From contig CBFIGY010000018.1 in NCBI GenBank assembly GCA_965662235.1, positions 1 to 57,073 of the forward strand: a stretch of 57,073 bases of DNA. Reading direction: 5' to 3'. Source of the stretch: an uncultured bacterium. GTDB lineage: Bacteria; SAR324; NAC60-12. This document shows positions 8,303 through 16,107 of the stretch, piece after piece (the stretch's first letter is position 1; each line of letters begins with the position of its first letter). A program made the position numbers and the translations under genes. Below the pieces are notes generated by a model. That model made no database searches. It had not been told where the DNA came from and saw only the letters and a list, made by a program, of their open reading frames with translations.

Positions 8303-9919
8303 GTGCCTCTGAGTTCCGTTCCCCACGCCAAGATCCTGCTGGTTGAGGATGAACGCCTGTTGGGAAAGAGCATCCAGCGCTACCTGTCTGAGCACCACCA
8401 GTGCGAATGGTTTGAGAGCGTCGAAGCCGCCATCGGATTCCTGCGCAACGAGTCGGTGGACATCATTGTCTCAGACATCAAGCTGCCAGGAAAAAGCGGA
8501 CTCGACCTCCTCCACTGGATCCTGGAGTACCAACCCCAGACGCCCATCATCCTCATCACGGCACACAGCAGCATTCCGGATGCCGTCAAGGCCATTCGAG
8601 AGGGGGCGGCTGATTACCTCAGCAAGCCCCTCGACCTCGCCACCCTGGAGCTTTCAGTGGCCCGGGTGCTCCGCAACAACCGGTTGCAGCAGGAAGTTCA
8701 CTACCACCGCCAGCAAGCCCGTCAGATCGGAGAAGGCTCCGAGCCTCATGCGTTGACCGCCTCGGCATACGCAGAAATCGAGTCCCGGGTGCAGCGCCTC
8801 ATCAGCATTGAGAGCCAAAGCGGCGAGGCGCCCTCCATCCTCATCACCGGCGAGACAGGCACCGGTAAGGGAGTCCTTGCTCGACGGATTCATCAGCAGT
8901 CGCCACGGAGCGCTGAGCCGTTCATTGAAATCAACAGCACCGCCATTCCGGAAACCATGGTGGAGTCCGAGCTGTTTGGGCACGAAAAAGGGGCCTTCAC
9001 CGGAGCCGTGTCGCAACGGGCCGGACTCTTTGAGCTGGCCAACGGTGGCACCATCTTTCTTGATGAAATTGGGCACATCCCCCTTGGCCTGCAAGCCAAG
9101 CTGCTCAAGGTCATTGAAGACAAGCGCATCCGACGCATCGGAGGCGGACGGGAGACGGACCTGGACGTCCGGATCATCGCGGCCACCAACATCGACCTGG
9201 CCCAGGCGGTCCGAGAAGGCACCTTCCGTGAAGACCTCTACCACCGCCTCGCCCTCATCCACCTGCACCTTCCTCCCCTCCGGGAGATGACCGCTGAGAT
9301 TCCGGCGCTGGCTCAGGAATTCCTCCGCGAGGCCCTGCGCAAGTACGCCATCCCGCATGACCCTGAACACTTGCACCTGTCGGTTGAAAATGAACGAATG
9401 CTGAAGCAGCACTCGTGGCCAGGGAACATCCGGGAGCTGAAGAACGAGGTGGAACGCAGCGTCCTGTTTCACGGGATTGACCGGCTTCGCTTCACCCACC
9501 TGCAGCACCTGCAGGCGCCTTCTGCGCCGACGCTCTCACCGACGCCTTCAAGCAGCGCCCCAGGTCCCCTGTTTCAGCTCCCAGAAGATGGACTTTCGCT
9601 GCTGGAAGTGGAACCTCGGATCCTGGCCCAGGCCCTCAAGCAGACGTCCGGAGAGCCGGAGACCGCCGCCCGTTTGCTGCACATGACCGCCAAGGAGTTT
9701 GAATTCCGCCTTCAGCGGCACCACTTCGACTGGACCCAGGCGTCCGGATGGGAACACGCCATTCCGGAGGAGGGCATCGACCTCACGCTGCTGGAGCAAA
9801 ACCTGCTGAAGCAGGCTCTGGAACAGACTCGCCACAATGTCACAGGAGCCGCTCGACTCCTGAACCTCAGTCGCGACCAGATGCGGTACCGACTGGAAAA
9901 ACACGGACTGGATGGCTAA
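8303..9919 (+). CDS. Sigma54-dependent response regulator (NtrC family) with two C-terminal Fis-type HTH modules
   Basis: Receiver (VEDE, SDIKLP), GETGTGK, ESELFGHEKGAFTGA, FLDEIG, FREDLYHRL, WPGNIREL. Confidence 0.95.
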   Translation: MPLSSVPHAKILLVEDERLLGKSIQRYLSEHHQCEWFESVEAAIGFLRNESVDIIVSDIKLPGKSGLDLLHWILEYQPQTPIILITAHSSIPDAVKAIREGAADYLSKPLDLATLELSVARVLRNNRLQQEVHYHRQQARQIGEGSEPHALTASAYAEIESRVQRLISIESQSGEAPSILITGETGTGKGVLARRIHQQSPRSAEPFIEINSTAIPETMVESELFGHEKGAFTGAVSQRAGLFELANGGTIFLDEIGHIPLGLQAKLLKVIEDKRIRRIGGGRETDLDVRIIAATNIDLAQAVREGTFREDLYHRLALIHLHLPPLREMTAEIPALAQEFLREALRKYAIPHDPEHLHLSVENERMLKQHSWPGNIRELKNEVERSVLFHGIDRLRFTHLQHLQAPSAPTLSPTPSSSAPGPLFQLPEDGLSLLEVEPRILAQALKQTSGEPETAARLLHMTAKEFEFRLQRHHFDWTQASGWEHAIPEEGIDLTLLEQNLLKQALEQTRHNVTGAARLLNLSRDQMRYRLEKHGLDG

Positions 9920-9947
9920 AGCCCCACTCCCTCTTGAGAGACCTTAC

Positions 9948-10415
9948 ATGAAAAACCGACGTGAATTCCTTCAGCACTCCGCAGTCACCGTTTGCGCAGC
10001 CTGTGGTCTGATCGGTGGCTGCTCCTCCAGCGATGGAGGCTCGCCCCCAGCAGACAGCATCAGCGCTGACATCACCCTCGACTCCACCGATACAGCGGCG
10101 CTTGCTAACAACGGCAGTACTCTCACGTTAACCAGCACCGACTACTCGGACATCTCCGGTCAACTCCTCATGTGCCGAGACTCCTCCGGAACCCTACGTG
10201 CGTTTAGCGGATCGTGCCCTCATGCGGGAAGTAACCTTGCTTTTGCAAATGGGAAAATTGAGTGCAGCAACACCGACCCCACATCCCATGGAGCTGTTTT
10301 TTCATACAGCGGGAGTTGCACAAGTGGACCTGGTGGAGTAGATCCGACAAACTACTCACTCAGGGAATATACTGTAAGCGAAAGTGGAACAACCATAACC
10401 GTTAGCCTCACATAG
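9948..10415 (+). CDS. Exported Rieske [2Fe-2S]-like (lipo)protein
   Basis: NRREFL twin-arginine signal, GG-C possible lipobox, CPHAG box I, C-x7-HG box II, FSYSG..SGP. Confidence 0.75.
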   Translation: MKNRREFLQHSAVTVCAACGLIGGCSSSDGGSPPADSISADITLDSTDTAALANNGSTLTLTSTDYSDISGQLLMCRDSSGTLRAFSGSCPHAGSNLAFANGKIECSNTDPTSHGAVFSYSGSCTSGPGGVDPTNYSLREYTVSESGTTITVSLT

Positions 10416-10423
10416 GATCGTTC

Positions 10424-11020
10424 ATGAAGGCACTCTGGCTGATTGTAGGGGGATTCTTGCTGCAGACCTCTGTTGCAGGTGCTCAGGAAGCCCTTTTTGC
10501 GTCCGGCGACCACTGCCTCGCTTACCGGACCCACAAGGAAATGTTTTTGATGGCAGACGTGGAAGTGGTGGGAAAGAGCTGCGAGGTCTCTGCCCGCATG
10601 GAGGTCGACGGAAACCGGGTCCGGTTTACCGTCACGTCACCTGTGGCCTCCTTTGATTCTGACAGCTCCATGCGCGACAGCAGCGTCCAGGAGATTCTCA
10701 AAGCAGACGAGTATCCGGACCTAATTTTTCTCTCACGCTGGGTCCCCCGCGACGAGGTACAGGCCGTGAAGCAGGGAGGAACGTTTCGTTTGGAAGGGGA
10801 GTTGGAGATTGCGGGCGTGCCGCACCTGATGGGATTCTCTCTAAAGGTGCAATCTGCAGAGGGTTACTCCATCATCACCGGGGAGCAGGACACTTCCTTT
10901 TCGCTGCTGCAGATTGTGGTCCCCCCCGTAGCCGGAGGGGTAGTGGCTCAGCCAGCTGATGACCTTGCCATCCTCTTGCACTTGCGGACGGATCAGGTCT
11001 TGGGCTTCGACTCACTCTGA
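10424..11020 (+). CDS. YceI-like periplasmic lipid/quinone-binding protein
   Basis: Signal peptide; SFDSDSSMRD..ILKADEYPDLIF..GELEIAGV YceI pattern. Confidence 0.75.
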   Translation: MKALWLIVGGFLLQTSVAGAQEALFASGDHCLAYRTHKEMFLMADVEVVGKSCEVSARMEVDGNRVRFTVTSPVASFDSDSSMRDSSVQEILKADEYPDLIFLSRWVPRDEVQAVKQGGTFRLEGELEIAGVPHLMGFSLKVQSAEGYSIITGEQDTSFSLLQIVVPPVAGGVVAQPADDLAILLHLRTDQVLGFDSL

Positions 11021-12148
11021 TCCACGTGTCGGAATCGAAAATCCGGCCAGCAGCCCCTTTTCGTCCCCCACCACGGCATGCCCTGGAGCAAATGCGGCTC
11101 CGACTCGAGAGGTCAGCCCCGTCGCGATGCTCCACTGTGGCTTCCCGGAGTTCTCTTCCAGAGCAAACAGGTACCCCCGTTGCGACAGCCCGTAGAGGCG
11201 ACCATTCCGCACCGCGGGTGCGCCCAGCAGGTAATTGAAGGAGCCCCAAGGGATGTCGTACTCCCACAATCGGGTTCCTGACTGCACCTCATAGGCAAAG
11301 ACGCGGGTGTTTGCCGAGCCCCAATAGACCACGTTGCCGACACCAGTAAGGGACGGAACCCAGTTTCCCGTGTCCCGTTTCCAGAGGAAGTCTCCTGTGG
11401 TCGCAGACATCCCCACCAGAAAGTCCTGATACGCGATGAAGACCAGCCGTTCAGCTGTCGCGTGCAGGGCCTTGACGAACCCTTCGGTCCGTCGGACCTC
11501 CCAGCGCTTCTCTCCTGTGGCGGCATTCAGGCTGATGAGCATCATCGGCCCGCCCTCATCGACCTCAATTTCCGGAGCGTAGTAGCTGCCCCCGATGTAG
11601 AGCCAGCCTTCACTGAGCACCGGGGTCTGCATGGCGTAATGACGCGTTTCCTGCTTCCAGAGAACCGTCCCGTCAGATGCACGCAGCGCCCAAACGTAGG
11701 TGGGTTCGTTGAGCGTCTCCAAGGGTTCTCCCACCCGAGAGGTCACCACGTACAGCACCCCATCCACCAACAGCGGGGCCACCTGCGCGTTGAGCCCCAG
11801 GTCCTGTTTCCAGACCCGGTGCCCATCCTCTAGGTTCAGCGCAACCAGAGCGTGGTCCTTGAGGGCCACCCAGACCAGTTGGTCTGAAGCGGTAAATGAA
11901 CGTTCCCACAGGCCTTCCGGAGGCTGGAACCGCCAGTGCACGGTTCCGGAATCCACCGCGACGGCCCAGAGGGAATTTCCCGAAGCCGCCAACACCCTCT
12001 CCCCTTGAATGTGAGGAGAGAGGTTAAACGGAGCATCGGTCTGCAGCGTCCAAGTGGGCTTCACGGTCGGAGGCTCAGAGACCTGTGCCTCCGCTCCTCC
12101 CAGTTGAAGCATCCCAACCAGGACGCTGAGCAGCAGCAGTCGCCTCAC
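11012..12148 (-). CDS. Secreted PQQ-like (BamB-type) beta-propeller repeat protein
   Basis: Signal peptide and repeated A-L-x-x-x-x-G-x-x-x-W blades. Confidence 0.85.
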   Translation of the reverse strand: MRRLLLLSVLVGMLQLGGAEAQVSEPPTVKPTWTLQTDAPFNLSPHIQGERVLAASGNSLWAVAVDSGTVHWRFQPPEGLWERSFTASDQLVWVALKDHALVALNLEDGHRVWKQDLGLNAQVAPLLVDGVLYVVTSRVGEPLETLNEPTYVWALRASDGTVLWKQETRHYAMQTPVLSEGWLYIGGSYYAPEIEVDEGGPMMLISLNAATGEKRWEVRRTEGFVKALHATAERLVFIAYQDFLVGMSATTGDFLWKRDTGNWVPSLTGVGNVVYWGSANTRVFAYEVQSGTRLWEYDIPWGSFNYLLGAPAVRNGRLYGLSQRGYLFALEENSGKPQWSIATGLTSRVGAAFAPGHAVVGDEKGLLAGFSIPTRGSE

Positions 12149-13218
12149 TGCCGCTTGCCGTGCAGGACCATGGGTCCGTCGCGGTTCTCTTCCGTGATGT
12201 CAAAGGCAATCCCAATCGGCATCCGGTTGTTCCGCAGACGCTCCCGCATCTTCGAATGATCCCAATCGTAATCGGTCGCTCCCACAGCACTCTGTCCCAG
12301 CAGCGGCACACCCGGTGGGCTTGACACAACGTCTCCCCCCTTCATGATGCCTTCGTAGGAACTCAGGTCCATCTCATGGTAGGAGAGGTCGGTGTTGCCG
12401 AAGTGGCAGCTGGAGCAAGGCGCAGAGCCGTTGTACCACATGTTGCCTTCCGTGAAGAGCTGCTTCACGTCTCGCTCAAAGTTCACGGCGTGTCCGCCAT
12501 AGTTGAAGCTTTCTGCCTTCGTGGCGCCAGCGCTCACCCAGGCTTCCAGCAGTCCCACAGCGTTGAGGTCGCAACCGTACTCCAATGTTCCCTTGCCCTT
12601 GGAGCCCGGAATCGTGGCGCCAGCAGCCGTCACTTCCACACAGGGACCATCGCGGTTGACTTCTGAAAGGTCTTCCGGCCATCCCGGAGGCATGCGGTTG
12701 TTCCGCAGGCGGGCCCGTAGCTTCGAGTGTCCCCAGTCGTAATCGGTCGCCCCAACGTCAGACTGACCCAAAATCGCCACTCCCGGAGGACTCGACAGCA
12801 CATCGCCGCCCTTCATGATGCCCTCGTAGGAGCTTAGGTCCATCTCGTGGTAGGAGTTCTCCGTATTCCCGTTGTGGCAGCTGGCGCACGACCGAGCCCC
12901 TTCGTACCAGACACCAGCCTTGGTAAACAGCGGCAGAATGTCTTCTTCGAAGGTTCCCGGATACAGGTCTCCGTTGGCCCCCTTGTACTGAAACTCCCCG
13001 TTTGGTGACCCGGCATTGACCCAGTCCCCAATGATCTCCACCGCTTTTGCGCTGGGATCATTCTTGTATCCGGCCTGCGAGTCTCCAATGCAGTTCGCAT
13101 AAACCTGGATGGCCTCATTCAGGCACATCTCCACCTTGTTCTCTTGAGCCTCTGCCGTTCCAAACAGGCCCAGCAGCGCGACAGCAGTTTGTGCCATCCG
13201 CCTTACTAGCTTCAGCAT
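12145..13218 (-). CDS. Periplasmic diheme cytochrome c built from two tandem homologous domains
   Basis: GGAGG RBS; signal peptide; CASCH and CSSCH each followed by YHEMDLSSYEGIMKGGDV.SSPPGV...RLRNNRMP. Confidence 0.85.
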   Translation of the reverse strand: MLKLVRRMAQTAVALLGLFGTAEAQENKVEMCLNEAIQVYANCIGDSQAGYKNDPSAKAVEIIGDWVNAGSPNGEFQYKGANGDLYPGTFEEDILPLFTKAGVWYEGARSCASCHNGNTENSYHEMDLSSYEGIMKGGDVLSSPPGVAILGQSDVGATDYDWGHSKLRARLRNNRMPPGWPEDLSEVNRDGPCVEVTAAGATIPGSKGKGTLEYGCDLNAVGLLEAWVSAGATKAESFNYGGHAVNFERDVKQLFTEGNMWYNGSAPCSSCHFGNTDLSYHEMDLSSYEGIMKGGDVVSSPPGVPLLGQSAVGATDYDWDHSKMRERLRNNRMPIGIAFDITEENRDGPMVLHGKRQ

Positions 13219-13332
13219 GTACGCCTCCATCTATTGTTAACAGGAAAGTGCCCCGAGCCCCTTCATTCGGACTCGTTGCTCCCCCACTCCCTCCCCCGTG
13301 TTGGGGAGAAAGTTGGATAAGCTTCCTATAAC

Positions 13333-13348
13333 AGCAACGGACATACCG
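13333..13348 (-). promoter_or_regulatory. Candidate sigma54 promoter 2
   Basis: Minus strand CGGTATGTCCGTTGCT (GG-N10-GC, TTGCT), about 115 nt upstream of the 13218 start, with AT-rich DNA upstream. Confidence 0.5.
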
Positions 13349-13517
13349 AGTGCTTTCCAGAATCACATTCTCTTAAAACAAGAGAACTGTAACTCTTTGA
13401 AACACTAATTCTTTTAATTTGGATTCAAAAAAGACAAGAAACCCGTCAGGACAGGCCTTAAATCACAGAACGGGTATTTTTTTGGGTATTTGGGATTTTT
13501 CTGGGGTCAACTTGGGT

Positions 13518-13946
13518 TTAAGATCTGGGGACCCCATTGACTGCCCAGTCCTTCAGGTAACCGATCTCCCGATCAGTGAGTGGGGTTGCATAATCCAGCG
13601 GCATTTGACGGACGCTTCCCATCGGCTGTTCCAGGATGCCTCCTGTGATCCAAGACCCTAGGGTGTCCGCACCTCGGACCGTACTGTTGTCACCCGCGTA
13701 GAGGGTGAGGTTCAGGGTGTAGCTCCGGATGCTGGCCGGGGTGTAATCAGTCGCCGGCACCACGTGGCAGGTGGCGCACTTGTTCTGGATGATCTCGCCA
13801 ACTCCATTCTCCCAAGTCGGGGTTCCGGAAATGATCGTCTCATCCGGTGCTTCCCCTCCCAGCATGTCGGCATTGGAGCATCCGCCCATGCTCAGGGCGA
13901 TCAGAAGCAGGCCCCCGACTCCCCACTTTCCCAAAGCCTGACGCAT
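13518..13946 (-). CDS. Monoheme cytochrome c lipoprotein
   Basis: AAGGAGG RBS, lipobox MGG-C, PTW...IIQNKCATCH...QMP...LKDWA. Confidence 0.82.
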   Translation of the reverse strand: MRQALGKWGVGGLLLIALSMGGCSNADMLGGEAPDETIISGTPTWENGVGEIIQNKCATCHVVPATDYTPASIRSYTLNLTLYAGDNSTVRGADTLGSWITGGILEQPMGSVRQMPLDYATPLTDREIGYLKDWAVNGVPRS

Positions 13947-14689
13947 TAAAACCTCCTTTTGACTGAAAACTGAATGTGCTGGAGAAAGTCCTCGGTTTGG
14001 TGCTGTTCCACCACAAAGTCCCATTCGCTCCAGCGAAGCTCCAGTCCCACAAACTGGTAGCTGAAGGACTGATCCGGAAGCCGGAGCAGCACGTCATCTT
14101 CGCCAATCAGCAGGCTCAGATCCTGGTTGCCGGAGCCGTAACCTGCGTACGGGATCCATCCGCCCAGGTTCCACCCAAGGCGGAGGTCCATGTTGTTCTG
14201 CTGAATCTCAAAGGTATCGTCATACTCCTTGGTGGTCATGGCTCCGACAATTTTCCACGATGACAGAGACGCTCGGGCGCCCACCAGCAGGTTGCCGGTT
14301 TGTCCTCGCCACCCGAGTTCACCCTGAGCAAACGTTGCCGTCTGCGATCCGGTAGGAATTCCAGGAGAGCCGGCCACCCCGAGGGCCAATCCCCAAGGCA
14401 AGTGATAACGTCCCCGGAGGCGCGGCACCAGTGGAAGCGTGTCAACGGGCTCGCTCTTGGCCCCCACCCGGTTGTCGATCTCCGGCATCAGCAAAGCGTC
14501 TGCTTGCAGCACAAAGGTTCCGCTCTCTTCCGGCAGAGGTGCCGCGTTTGAACGGAAGTCCAGAATGAAGGCATACACCTGCTGAATGCGGTCTGCCTGT
14601 TCTTCCGACGTGACGGCGCTTGCTGAAGACGCCGTCAGGCTCAGGAGGCCTGTCAGCAGACCACATAAAAGACGATTAATTCGGCGCAT
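13946..14689 (-). CDS. Putative outer-membrane beta-barrel protein
   Basis: Signal peptide, alternating amphipathic strands (DLRLGWN, PYAGYG, FVGLEL), C-terminal Phe; translationally coupled to its neighbours. Confidence 0.65.
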   Translation of the reverse strand: MRRINRLLCGLLTGLLSLTASSASAVTSEEQADRIQQVYAFILDFRSNAAPLPEESGTFVLQADALLMPEIDNRVGAKSEPVDTLPLVPRLRGRYHLPWGLALGVAGSPGIPTGSQTATFAQGELGWRGQTGNLLVGARASLSSWKIVGAMTTKEYDDTFEIQQNNMDLRLGWNLGGWIPYAGYGSGNQDLSLLIGEDDVLLRLPDQSFSYQFVGLELRWSEWDFVVEQHQTEDFLQHIQFSVKRRF

Positions 14690-15323
14690 AGATTACAGAC
14701 TGGCTTCCGCCTGAGCTGTGGCAACTGTAGCAATTACCAGTGGTTGTATGTTGAGAGGACATCTCATAAACCTGATTGTTGCGCTCAATCACTGGGTAGA
14801 GGCCCGAACTGAGCGTTGAAACAGACTGCGTGGTGTAGAAGTTCCCGGTTTGGTCCACGGGAAGCGTCAGTACCAAGGTTCCCGTTTGATTCGCGCCTGT
14901 ATAAAACCTCATTACGGCGCTGCTGTTCGTTAAGGCCGTGCTCCCGGAGCTATCGGTGAAGACACTTCCGGCGATGGTAAAGGCGTATTCGGAGGCCTCA
15001 CTTCCGCTTCCAGCCACATGACAGGAAACGCATTCTCTTCCCGCGTTATGACTGCATGAAGCGTTGGTGCTGATTGCGCTATCCGAGTCCAGTGAAGTCC
15101 GGGCGCGGTCATCATCTCGACAGGCAACTTCGTTGCTTTCACTGTCATCGCTGTTGACCGTACTGGGATCAAGCGGGTTCAGGGGAAAGTCTTCGCTGCT
15201 GCACCCTGAGATGCCGAACACTCCAACAAATAATCCACCAAAAATCCATACTGGAACCGATAACCGACCAAACGTCATGGGCTTCCTCACAAAAGGGTTC
15301 ATTGTTTCAAAAGACATCATCAC
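14676..15323 (-). CDS. Diheme cytochrome c lipoprotein B (start uncertain)
   Basis: ISG-C lipobox, SHNAGRECVSCH and GNCYSCH; Ser/Thr-rich. Confidence 0.82.
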   Translation of the reverse strand: MMMSFETMNPFVRKPMTFGRLSVPVWIFGGLFVGVFGISGCSSEDFPLNPLDPSTVNSDDSESNEVACRDDDRARTSLDSDSAISTNASCSHNAGRECVSCHVAGSGSEASEYAFTIAGSVFTDSSGSTALTNSSAVMRFYTGANQTGTLVLTLPVDQTGNFYTTQSVSTLSSGLYPVIERNNQVYEMSSQHTTTGNCYSCHSSGGSQSVIYAPN

Positions 15324-15868
15324 GGCGCATACAGAGGAGGCTGACTGCCCCCGGAAGCGTGACAGCTTGCACAGTTTCCTGTGGTCGCAGCTTGGGTCAC
15401 CATGGACTGCGTTTTCCCGGCATAGGCAATCGTGGGATACAGGCCATTCCCCAACTCGGCAACCGATTGACTGGTGTAGAAGTTACCGGAACCATCTACC
15501 GGCAGTTCCAGCACCAGGTCACCCGCCTGACTTGGTTGCGTGTAAAACTTTACCACCGCACCACTGTTTCCCGTTAACGCCGCTGTGCTGACGTTGCTGG
15601 CGTGAACGCTTCCGGCAATGGTAAAGGCGTACTCAGAGGCCTCACTTCCACTTCCCGAGGAGTGGCAGTTGGTGCAGGTCTGCCCAAAGTTGTGGCTGAT
15701 TGCCCCAGCGCTGCTGGTGAGGCTGTGGGATTCGTCCTCCCCCTCTCCCGAACAACCCGTCAGGAGTAGGCTGCCCAGTAGCAACCCCATTCCCAGTGCT
15801 CGTTTTCCCCCAAGGAAAAGACGTCGTCCCTTCATGCTCATCTGCAACTCATCCATCTGACTTCTCAT
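15320..15868 (-). CDS. Diheme cytochrome c lipoprotein A (paralogue of B; start uncertain)
   Basis: LTG-C lipobox, SHNFGQTCTNCH and GNCASCH; GGAG upstream of ATG 15868. Confidence 0.82.
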   Translation of the reverse strand: MRSQMDELQMSMKGRRLFLGGKRALGMGLLLGSLLLTGCSGEGEDESHSLTSSAGAISHNFGQTCTNCHSSGSGSEASEYAFTIAGSVHASNVSTAALTGNSGAVVKFYTQPSQAGDLVLELPVDGSGNFYTSQSVAELGNGLYPTIAYAGKTQSMVTQAATTGNCASCHASGGSQPPLYAP

Positions 15869-15970
15869 CATTGCTCCAACCTTCCCTGAACGACGGACCC
15901 ATTCATGCTTTTTAAAAAAAATTTTACACCTCCTGACGCTTCTCTTTGCCAGAAAGCCTCCACTGCTCAT

Positions 15971-15986
15971 GGCAAGACCCAGACCT
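15971..15986 (-). promoter_or_regulatory. Candidate sigma54 promoter 3
   Basis: Minus strand AGGTCTGGGTCTTGCC (GG-N10-GC, TTGC), about 100 nt upstream of the cytochrome/porin operon. Confidence 0.45.
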
Positions 15987-16107
15987 TTTTTTTCGGGATC
16001 AATATCAGGGAGCTAGCCTATGTCCCTTCTGAAAAATGGGGGTGGATGCGGGGAAGTACTTGGGGAGAAGTGGGGAAAGCTGGGGGGCTTTCTTCGAGAG
16101 AGGTTCT

